A stretch of 64,000 nt of DNA from Pecten maximus (taxonomy: Eukaryota), in assembly GCF_902652985.1 (NCBI RefSeq), contig NC_047018.1:43772001-43836000 (forward strand). Reading direction: 5' to 3'. The notes under the pieces were generated by a model, which saw only the letters and a program-made list of their open reading frames with translations, did not search any database and was not told where the DNA came from. This document shows, one piece after another, positions 53,556 through 64,000 of this stretch. The position numbers and the translations under genes were made by a program. Position 1 is the stretch's first letter. Each line of letters begins with the position of its first letter.

Positions 53556-56500
53556 TTTGGACATAATTTCACCACAAGAACAATTTCCCCGTGTCAAAAA
53601 TATCTCGCCCAAGGTCGTCGAAGTGCGTGATTTGCGACTTTCGATCTACTGCTTAAAAGAGCTTTCATTGCTGTGACGTCATGTTCAACCAGTATGATCC
53701 GAAAGTGTTAGCTGTACAGGGGTTAAACACGATTTTTTTTTGGAATTCGATTATGGTAAGAAGATTAAAATTTAATGTTTAAAGCGACTGCTGATTTCTA
53801 CATAGAAATAGTGAAACAGGTTTAAAAGTTATCGATACACGATCGTACATCAAAAATCAATCTTAATTTCAGGTATCTGTTTTATAAAATGGAATATTTT
53901 CACAGCTGATTTGTAGAAAATCAATCAGGTTAAATTTCGCACACAAACTAACTGCAATTAACTTCCATTTACATTTTCGTGCACTTTCTATTGACACGCT
54001 CAATTTCGCTAGAAATCTAGACTGAAAAGTACATGTACATATCAGAACGCCAGCCCAAAGTACATGTACATATCAGAACGCCAGCCCAACAACGACCGAT
54101 ATTATATATGTGTGTGAGCGTGTGTGTGGGTGTGTGTGTGTGTAAGTATTTCAGACATTTTGGAGTGAAAACACACTTATATCATTTAAATTTAATTACT
54201 CTATCTATCATCTCTCTGATTCTGAAAGAAAAACCAGAAAACAAAATTAATCCTGTCTATGATTCTAAATGTCGAATGTCGATACAACTGGCCATAATTA
54301 CGAACAGCTGTCATAACGATAATGTGTTTTGGAGAGTAAAATGATAAAATCACCGATTGGAATGAAGGCAAATCGTCACACCCTCGGACGATACGCATCG
54401 GGGGGCCTATTATAGACGTACAGTATAATTACGTATGTTGTGAAATGGTCATTGCGTGGGCCTCGTTTATGTCCAGTTTTTACACCCATACCGCGATATC
54501 CTCAGCAGAAAAGCGGCGACGATCACGAGCGTCACCTAATCTCGCTCGACATCGCACAGACTAATCCGACTCGCGTTTTAAAGCTACCATACTAAGTTTT
54601 ACTGGTATAATTGTAATTAGTTCTACAAAAAATATTCGTCAAATATAGAAAATAATATTGATTGCTTCTTTATTTCACACCTAAGACACATTTACTCAGA
54701 CAGAGCCTAGTTTGGGTCAGTCATTATACGTCTTGTTTTCGCCCAAATCGATTAGCGGTGTATAATGGGCAGTTTTACACGCGTAATGGATAATTTTATC
54801 ATACAGCAATCTGCGATATAACGATGAGAGCGATATCATAAAGAAAAAAATAACCCTGTGTTTTTGTAGTCTGATTTTAATCAACAGTGCCGAGCTGTGT
54901 ATCAAACAAACCCTATGATGAAAACTACTACTTAATGAATAACAATATCAATTTTGTTTACCAATGTTAAAAAACTGCCAAAACAGCAAATTGCTTATAG
55001 GGAGCAAACACATACGTTTATCAATATTTGTTATTCCCGCAATGTCAGCATATTTTTACGGCCATTTGCGCAGTCGGGCGAGTTTGTTTCACACGTGCTG
55101 ACACTGACATGGCACGCTTACAACGTTTTGTATTTCACATTAAAGCTGATTCTGGGGACTGTCTTGTGGTTGTGTCCTTTGACAAGACTTTTTTTTTTAA
55201 TTAGACAAGAAAACATTTTATCTGAAGTGATCTGTCTGTCATACGACGGGCCTCTCGTATATTGTTCAGCGGGAGTAGCCACCAACTACTACAAGGAGTA
55301 TCCGCCTCAAAATGAACCTGCCTAGGCACTGAGCGATAAAACCAGCATGTACAGGGATGATGCAAGATGAAATACGGCAGTTTTCGAATAATTCCTCTCT
55401 GAAATATAATAGTTACCTATACTTTTCACACATTCGCCATTTTGACCGCCTCGAAGAATGAAACTTCAAACAACACTTATCCGTACATGTTTTTATGCAG
55501 ATTTCATTCCTTCACAAACAGAAATACATAATCTGCCTATACTTGGTGAGGTTGTTATTTTATTTTGATTTATTTGTTGTCGTTTTATACATAAATAAAT
55601 TCCGACGCTAGACGGGGTAGGAGTAAACTTACATAGGGTCACATTTGCGTTTGACGCATATGCTAACAAGTAAAAGGCAGAAATAAAAGAGTCTGGTTGG
55701 GAACGATTGAATAGAAAGGTTATTCTGAAGGGGTATTTGCCTCAAAATATGTACATAACCTGTTTATGCAACTAGTTTCAACTTGGGAAGTTTTCTCTGT
55801 CATTTATTTCATTACATGGTGACGTAAAAAGCTAGTTGTCATTCCCGTATCATGCAATTACGCAAACAGGTGTGATGTGGGTGGCGATAGACATTGGTCG
55901 GGTTCTTCGTTATCAGTAGATCAGGTATCACTGACGCCATGTAAATAATGTAGTTATGACATTTCATTGATTTTCAGAACTTTTTGTTTGTTTCCTTCAA
56001 GCAAAACAGCGAGTATTTCAGGACAGGAAAAAACTCTGCATCACTGGTCTTTCGGACAAGGTCGAGTCAAAAGTACAATGATGCACTTGCCAAAATAAGG
56101 TACAATAGTGGCACAATTAAACTGAATTGGAAACACCATAAATTTCCCATAGGAATAGGTGAAAATTGCGAAATTTTGCACTTGCCTAACGGCCAATTAG
56201 TCACCGATATTCCCTTTCTAACATACCACATATACTTGCCCTGGGATCTGATTGTATGTGTATTTCAGAGATATTCGCGCAAAAAGGCACAATGTTGATT
56301 CAGGCAAGTTGTACATCCATTTGGCTATGTCCATTTCCAACTCTCGCCCGCGACAGGCGTTACGTGTTTAAAGCCATGGAGACGGACCTATCATCACTTT
56401 ATCGTAACGATTTGGTACCGTATCATAAAACAGCTAACTTGGTACTCGTTAAATCAAGTCATTTAGATATCACTTCGTGATAAACTGTTTCACTCTACCT

Positions 56501-57297
56501 TCAGGCTCAGGAAATGGTTTACTCTTCGGGAACATAGTCATGCATATTTCAATTTAATTCGGGTCCATTTTAATTGTTTATTTTCATATTACATTACATC
56601 ATTGAAATTATGAAAAAAAAAAAAAAAAAAAACATATATATATACAAAAAAAATAATCGGTTGAATTAGATGACAGAGTTTTTGCTGAAATGGTTTTCTT
56701 GTTGAAGTCAAAGCGTTTTGTTGACGCATTGTTGAAAATGTAAACAATATCTCCCTTGTCTTCGAGAGTGAAATCACAGCTGCATGACACAAAAGAAAAC
56801 GATAATGGCTACACGAAGTGCATGTATTCTTAAGCTCGCTAAGCTTTATTTTTTGTTCTTTAGAAGGATCAAACATGGAAATATCTACACCATAGCCGGA
56901 AGAAGACATACCAATAAAAAGTTAGTGAACGTCTTATATGTTTGTTTGCTTGCTGGGTTTATCCCCCGGGAACAGCTAGGGTCATTTTAGGCAGGGTCTC
57001 CATGTAGTAGTCGGTGACTACCTTCCTGAACAACAAACGGGAGGCCATTCACATGCCACCTAGAGCAATAAGGGAAACATTTCTAGCCCTAAGACAAAAC
57101 CACGACAGCATATCAGCCTCAAGACTTACACATTCAAGGCAGAGTTTGACATAAGCCAATGTATTAGGGACGTAAATCTAATCCTGTCATATCGTGGTGT
57201 ATTTTACGGTACAAAATATGACACGTGTATAATATAGGAACTTGGCACGAATTCCCAACCAACCCATGGACTGTATATATGTTTATAGTTATAATAA

Positions 57298-58005
57298 GAC
57301 CATGTTCTCCGGAAGAGTAAGCGTCTTCTGTATTATGGACGACACCCGCCTAGGTCAAGTCAGGGTTAAGTAACGTTCTCAAAAGGAGAACTAGGGTAGT
57401 GGTAACATAACCAGTCCGCATATCAACAATCATCGAATACATCAGACTACATATCGCATAAAGAAATGGACTATTTCCAAATGAGAGCATGCCATCGACC
57501 ATAGAATTTTCCCATTGTCTTCATCAACCTGTATCTCGAGAATCCTTGTTTTGCTAATTTCTCAGTCAGTAATCGACACCTGTCTCAATGACAATGACAA
57601 TTGTTTATTCTTGTAAACAGTACAGTGCCGAGAATATGAACATTAACAAATGGATAACAATGATACATGGTAAAACAGGATGGACGTCAGTATTGTGAAT
57701 TAATTATCTCATTTGTATCAATATAGATACGGAACTCATAAAAATTAACTGGGCCATGTAAACACCGAAGGTAGGGAAGCAATGATGCTACTATCTAGAA
57801 ATGGAAAATTAGAAATCGAAAATTGAAATCGTCAGACCGTTCATACTAGTTAGTTGTAATTGTAAGTAAAGATCACGGTAAGTGTCTGATGTTGAAGAGT
57901 GTGTAATCCTTGATTTCAAATTCTACAGGGTATATTCGGTCGACAAGGTCAATGAAGTTTTTGTTATTTCAAGATAGCAAGTCGTCTATATACCCATAGA
58001 TGAAA
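57298..58005 (-). mobile_element. Decayed Penelope-like RT fragment interrupted by a short insertion with an (ATTGTC)n tail
   Basis: Minus-strand remnants FIYGYIDDLLS, IYPVEFEIKD, DFNF; paralogous to 3900..4450. The insertion at ~57585-57700 ends AATAAACAATTGTCATTGTCATTG. Confidence 0.7.
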
Positions 58006-58865
58006 CAGAATTGGAAAGGCCTCTGCTGCCTATCGGCCAACGGATACGGCTAAAGGGAGATAATTCTATTTTTAATTGATACGAAATATCCACTGCATAA
58101 AATACGCAGCAGTCTTATATTTATGTTAGTTATAAAAGCTTTATGGATAGTCCTTTGTTAAAATTGAGGGAAAAGATTCTTGAAATATTTTATATTTGAT
58201 GTTCGTTTAGGAGCTAAATCGGTTACTCCTTTAACATAAGATCCGACAATCACATAATTGTACAGACTCTTAGGTCAGTTTCTCGCCGACTAATCCTCTA
58301 ACATTTAACAGATATGCGTTTTATTTCAACACGATGAACAGACAGACTAACTATGTTCAGATGAAAGTATTAATCATACTTTCCCCTGCAGTAATCACAA
58401 CAATATATAATCTTATTTAGCTGAAAACAGTCGTGAAATTTATATTAAACGGTCTTGTAGGCCTAGTAGATAATGGTGTACATTTCTATCGCGGCTGATG
58501 AGAACCATTAGCTTTTTCGCTTTATCGAACCGAGAAAAGCCGCAAAAAACGGCGCTTTTTCGGTCCGAAAGGAGAAAAATTCAGTCGGTAATTAGGAGTT
58601 GCTCATTTTGCTCTTTCGTGGTACAAATGGTGCTTGATTTTCGGAGGCGAAAAAGTGCCATTTCAAAAAATCAAACCGTACTTTGCCACTATTTCGCTCT
58701 GAAAAAGGGACAGTTTAATTTTATCTATTTTTTTATGCTTATCCGGTTAAAAAAACTAAAAAACGACGTCCCACGGAAAAAGCAAAATAAGCAACTCGCT
58801 AATTAATAACCAAGGTAGGCCCCTTTTCGGTTTTTCGCCCTACGAAAGCCAAGTTGGCCCTTATG

Positions 58866-61588
58866 CTTGGGTTGACCGTGGATCATACTGTACTAGGGCT
58901 GGGGTTGACCGCGGTTCATACAGTACTAGGGCTGGGGTTGACCGTGGGGTTGACCGTGGATCATACAGTACTAGGGCTGGGGTTGACCGTGGTGTTGACC
59001 GCGGATCATACAGTACTAGGGCTGGGGTTGACCGTGGGGTTGACCGTGGATCATACTGTACTAGGGCTGGGGTTGACCGTGGATCATACTGTACTAGGGT
59101 TTGGGTTGACCGTGGGGTTGACCGTGGATCATACTGTACTAGGGCTGTGGTTGAGCGTGGATCATACTGTACAAGGGCTGTGGTTGACCGTGGATCATAC
59201 AGTACTAGGGCTGGGGTTGACCGTAGGGTTGACCGCGGATCATACAGTACTAGGGCTGGGGTTGACCGTGGATCATACAGTACTAGGGCTGGGGTTGACC
59301 GTTTGGTTGACCGTGGATCATACTGTACTAGGGCTGGATTGACCGTTTGGTTGACCGTGGATCATACTGTACTAGGGCTGGGGTTGACCGTGGGGTTGAC
59401 CGTGGATCATACTGTACTAGGGCTGGGGTTGACCGTGGGGTTGACCGTGGATCATACTGTACTAGGGCTTGGGTTGACCGTGGGGTTGACCGTGGATCAT
59501 ACTGTACTAGGGCTGGGGTTGACCGTATGGTTGACCGTGGATCATACTGTACTAGGGCTGGGGTTGACCGTAGGGTTGACCGTGGATCATACTGTACTAG
59601 GGCTGGGGTTGACCGTATGGTTGACCGTGGATCATACTGTACTAGGGCTGGGGTTGACCGTGGGGTTGACCGTGGATCATACTGTACTAGGGCTGGGGTT
59701 GACCGTGGGGTTGACCGTGGATCATACTGTACTAGGGCTGGGGTTGACCGTGGGGTTGACCGTGGTCATACAGTACTAGAGCTGGGGTTGATCGTGGTCA
59801 TACTGTACAAGGGCTGGGGTTGACCGTGGGGTTGACCGCGGATCATACAGTACTAGGGCTGGGGTTGACCGCGGATCATACTGTACTAGGGCTGGGGTTG
59901 ACCGTGGATCATACTGTACTAGGGTTTGGGTTGACCGTGGGGTTGACCGCGGATCATACTGTACTAGGGCTGGGGTTGACTGTGGGGTTGACCGCGGATC
60001 ATACTGTACTAGGGCTGGGGTTGATCGTGGTCATACTGTACTAGGGCTGTGGTTGACCGTGGGGTTGACCGCGGATCATACTGTACTAGGGCTGGGGTTG
60101 ACCGTGGGGTTGACCGCGGATCATACTGTACTAGGGCTAGGGTTGACCGCGGATCATACAGTACTAGGGCTGGGGTTGACCGTGGATCATACAGTACTAG
60201 GGCTGGGGTTGACCGTTTGGTTGACCGTGGATCATACTGTACTAGGGCTGGATTGACCGTTTGGTTGACCGTGGATCATACTGTACTAGGGCTGGGGTTG
60301 ACCGTGGGGTTGACCGTGGATCATACTGTACTAGGGCTGGGGTTGACCGTGGGGTTGACCGTGGATCATACTGTACTAGGGCTGGGGTTGACCGTGGGGT
60401 TGACCGTGGATCATACTGTACTAGGGCTGGGGTTGACCGTTTGGTTGACCGTGGATCATACTGTACTAGGGCTGGGGTTGACCGTGGGGTTGACCGTGGA
60501 TCATACTGTACTAGGGCTGGGGTTGACCGTATGGTTGACCGTGGATCATACTGTACTAGGGCTGGGGTTGACCGTAGGGTTGACCGTGGATCATACTGTA
60601 CTAGGGCTGGGGTTGACCGTAGGGTTGACCGTGGATCATACTGTACTAGGGCTGGGGTTGACCGTGGGGTTGACCGTGGTCATACAGTACTAGAGCTGGG
60701 GTTGATCGTGGTCATACTGTACAAGGGCTGGGGTTGACCGTGGGGTTGACCGCGGATCATACAGTACTAGGGCTGGGGTTGACCGCGGATCATACTGTAC
60801 TAGGGCTGGGGTTGACCGTGGATCATACTGTACTAGGGTTTGGGTTGACCGTGGGGTTGACCGCGGATCATACTGTACTAGGGCTGGGGTTGACTGTGGG
60901 GTTGACCGCGGATCATACTGTACTAGGGCTGGGGTTGATCGTGGTCATACTGTACTAGGGCTGTGGTTGACCGTGGGGTTGACCGCGGATCATACTGTAC
61001 TAGGGCTGGGGTTGACCGTGGGGTTGACCGCGGATCATACTGTACTAGGGCTGGGGTTGACCGTGGATCATACTGTACTAGGGCTGGGGTTGACCGTGGG
61101 GGTGACCGTGGGGTTGACCGCGGATCATACAGTACTAGGGCTGGGGTTGACCGTGGGGGTGACCGTGGGGTTGACCGTGGGGTTGACCGCGGATCACACT
61201 GTACTAGGGCTGGGGTTGACCGTGGATCATACTGTACTAGGGCTGGGGTTGACCGTGGGGGTGACCGTGGGGTTGACCGCGGATCATACAGTACTAGGGC
61301 TGGGGTTGACCGTGGGGTTGACCGTGGATCGTACTGTACTAGGGCTGTGGTTGAGCGTGGATCATACAGTACTAGGGCTGGTGTTGACCGTAGGGTTGAC
61401 CGTGGATCATACAGTACAAGGGCTGGGGTTGACCGTAGGGTTGACCGCGGATCATACAGTACTAGGGCTGGGGTTGACCGTAGGGTTGACCGTGGTCATA
61501 CAGTACTAGGGCTGTGGTTGACCGTGGATCATACTGTACTAGGGCTGGGGTTGACCGTAGGGTTGACCGCGGATAATACTGTACTAGG
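58866..61588. repeat. G-rich 33/45-bp satellite with 914-bp higher-order duplication
   Basis: GGGTTGACCGTGGATCATACTGTACTAGGGCTG plus optional 12-bp GGGTTGACCGTG; near-identical ORFs at 59347/60261 and 59820/60734 (offset 914). Confidence 0.97.
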
Positions 61589-61621
61589 CCAAAGTAACAA
61601 AATTACATCATCAACCAAACC

Positions 61622-61724
61622 CAATTTAATTAAAATCAGATGTACATTTGCACTACGGTATGCTACTCTCTGTTCATACAGAGAGTAGCATAGTGCAATG
61701 GTACATCTGATTTTAATTAGATTG
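61622..61724. mobile_element. 103-bp hairpin mini-MITE with TIR related to 27694..28117
   Basis: CAATTTAATTAAAATCAGATG..CATCTGATTTTAATTAGATTG; almost entirely self-complementary; flanks AACCAAACC / AACCAATTC. Confidence 0.8.
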
Positions 61725-61787
61725 AACCAATTCGAAAGAACATTTTAACTATGAAATGAGAAGGGAGTATTTGTATAACATACTTAC

Positions 61788-61914
61788 TGTGACAAACCAG
61801 AAAGAATTTGGTCTAAATATACATCGAGCTATAAATCCCATATCTGATGTGGGACTTAACACGTGTAAATGGAGGTGGCTGACACTTGTAAATGGTGGCC
61901 AGTGGAAACCAAAT
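61788..61914 (-). CDS. HINT3: HINT3 exon carrying the HIT motif (probably exon 4)
   Basis: tttacag|A..ACA|GTAAGT; 127 nt; RFGFHWPPFTSVSHLHLHVLSPTSDMGFIARCIFRPNSFWFVT with HxHxH triad and the HINT3-type GFHxPPF motif. Confidence 0.95.
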
Positions 61915-62363
61915 CTGTAAATAGTAACAAAGATATAAAGTTGACAAATTTTCTGACCAAGAGAGAGAAACGGTTTCAAGAAAGGCTCTCCGAGTCTTTG
62001 AATAGTTCTACTAGTGTTGCAGACAGTTAAGTAAATTCTACTGGAAAAAATATAAGAAAAATGCCCCATTGCATATACTTACCAGAAGTGTCTTACTCAA
62101 ATACAAGAATAGATTAAATATTTTGAAAACTGTTGCTTTAATAATTGATGTTTTAATTTTTGGAAAAGATATAATTAAACTAATATTTAACACATAATCT
62201 TCAAAATAATGCCATAATAATTATAGTTTCAATTTCGAAAAAAAAAATGTCAAAAGTACCTGATTAAACCTATATGGGAGTGGTATTCTGTAACTAAACT
62301 TAACTTCTAAAATTTATCAGGAAAATCTATCAAACTATACATTTAAGAATAATAGAACTATAC

Positions 62364-62430
62364 CTTGCTTCATCAACATCCGCACTTTGCTGTTTGAGGA
62401 AGTCTCTTCCCACCTCTACTAGTCTGTCCA
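62364..62430 (-). CDS. HINT3: HINT3 internal exon (probably exon 3)
   Basis: ttttcag|TG..AG|GTATAG; 67 nt, phase 1 to phase 2; (V)DRLVEVGRDFLKQQSADVDEA(R); frame-compatible with both neighbouring exons. Confidence 0.88.
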
Positions 62431-63176
62431 CTGAAAATAATCAAATCTGATCAAAGAGCGGGTCGACGTCGTTTCCCGTTACACAGAGTTATCTCCCTTA
62501 TACCGTAAATTTCCATTTCAGTTGCCAGGCCGTTGTTATGAATAGCCAAAATTGAATTTTGATTTAGGCCTTTCCATATTTCATTACAATTAAAATGGGA
62601 AACCTGAAGACCTGTCGGACGAATAGAATAATACAATAGGGACCACAGGGGCCTGATAATTTGTTACAGTTCATGCTGGCCTATATATTTAATACGTTTT
62701 ACGGGACTAGATTAACAGCGGATAAACAATAACATCCTTGTTGTTGATTATGTAATAAACAGTGAACATTGACTTGTCAGATGAAAGACGGATGTAAAAC
62801 CCGTTAAATAAATAAATTAAAACCAATTAATGAGAATAGCTGCTATCTTCAAGAAATATAATATGCCAATAGGTTTTTCGACATAAAAATGAATAATGGC
62901 CCTTTTTTTTGATTGTTTGTCTGTGACACATGTGGCAGTTATACCAGTAGGTTTGCCGCATCTAGGCAGTTTATCGCTTATATTTACGTTCTATTAATGA
63001 ATCTAAAATATTAATATTAAAATCTCATGTCAATGTGACTTTACAATGTATGGCGGCCATCTTTGTTTACAGGGCAACTTCAGTTATACTCTCATAGATG
63101 AAGCTGCTTTTGGTAGGGATTTACTAGTAATATATAAGGGCATTGCCACACCAAATGTAAATATTGTGGTATAAAT

Positions 63177-63270
63177 TAGCCCGCGTTTTCTCTGGCACTG
63201 AGACCATGACTCGTGTAGGGACACATACAAAAAATGTACATGGTGTCAGGGCCAGAGAAATTTCGGGCTA
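63177..63270. mobile_element. 94-bp MITE with ~30-bp imperfect TIRs and 9-bp TSD
   Basis: TAGCCCGCGTTTTCTCTGGCACTGAGACCATG / CATGGTGTCAGGGCCAGAGAAATTTCGGGCTA; flanks GGTATAAAT / GGTATTAAT. Confidence 0.75.
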
Positions 63271-63338
63271 GGTATTAATATACATATAAAATGCTATAGT
63301 GGTAGATTTAAAATGAAATTTGTTTCTGTTTTCCATAC

Positions 63339-63456
63339 CTAGCGACAGATGACTGTTGTCCAGGCTCTTGGGGTTCTTTATATGATGTTTGGGGACCACG
63401 AGGTAATGATGGCGGGTGGCGGGTTTGATGTCTTTGAATATTACAAGCTCTTCATT
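63339..63456 (-). CDS. HINT3: HINT3 (histidine triad nucleotide-binding protein 3), internal exon (probably exon 2)
   Basis: tttacag|AAT..CTA G|GTATGG; 118 nt; NEELVIFKDIKPATRHHYLVVPKHHIKNPKSLDNSHLSL, matching the HINT3 FKDIKPAATHHYLVVPK motif. Confidence 0.92.
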
Positions 63457-64000
63457 CTGTAAAGAAGCCGCCGTTTATAATCATATAAAATTTACATATT
63501 TTCATTGCTAACTTGGCCTCCATACGATACACATACATCCCACTCCATACACAGGGGCTTGGCACTCGTCATAGGAACGTATCAGGTGCCTGTGACTCCA
63601 TATTGAAGGAGGCGACTAGGTTTGGACCACAGGGGCTTGGCACGATTTTTCAAATGATGGTCCATATACATATTGACACTATAATACATATATATGCCAA
63701 GCCCCTGTGGTTTGGACGGGTTTTGAATTATGTCTGGTTTCTATGGTTTCTCGATGTCCTCCGGTTTGGGGACTTTGAAGACATCAGGAATGATTATGCG
63801 TGTATACAAAATGTCTGCTTCATCGTTCTGCATGTGAAGCGTGATAGACGAGTCAAGTGGGAGCCAGGGTTTTCTTCTCCTCAAGTTTGTATTATTATGG
63901 TGGCATGGATCTGCCATCACATAGCGAGATAATTTTGTCAACATAGCGAGATAAATATACCATATAGCGAGATAAAACAACCGACATAGCGAGATAAAAC

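Noticed and set aside
54178-54223. Strong minus-strand acceptor as an alternative HINT3 last exon
   Set aside because: In the required phase 0 it gives only NQRDDR*; 50450..50497 gives the homologous C-terminus.
58854-61688. ORFs (VDRGSYCTRAG / LTVDHTVLGLG)n
   Set aside because: Translations of an intronic satellite antisense to HINT3, with frameshifts.

Overview
AT-rich, intron-containing animal genomic DNA, not prokaryotic. The repeat complement (tRNA-derived SINEs, Penelope-like RT relics, (GGAC)n-ended elements) suggests a mollusc, probably a bivalve; this is an inference. Two spliced minus-strand genes can be reconstructed by eye. (1) A complete two-exon TGF-beta superfamily ligand, CDS join(11083..11434, 6440..7320), 410 aa, with signal peptide, prodomain, RAKR furin site and a 113-aa nine-cysteine mature domain resembling GDF15/Maverick. 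It has a compact TATA/GC/CCAAT/CRE promoter and a 39-codon uORF whose stop overlaps the main ATG. (2) The last four coding exons of HINT3 (63339..63456, 62364..62430, 61788..61914, 50450..50497), with an 11.3-kb last intron; exon 1 is outside the window. About a quarter of the window is tandem repeat, including a ~9.7-kb 42-bp satellite with higher-order blocks, which explains nearly all long ORFs in the ORF track. The rest is MITEs with 9-bp TSDs, palindromic elements, SINEs and decayed retroelements, several of which appear to have seeded satellites. No CRISPR, rRNA or intact tRNA genes were seen.
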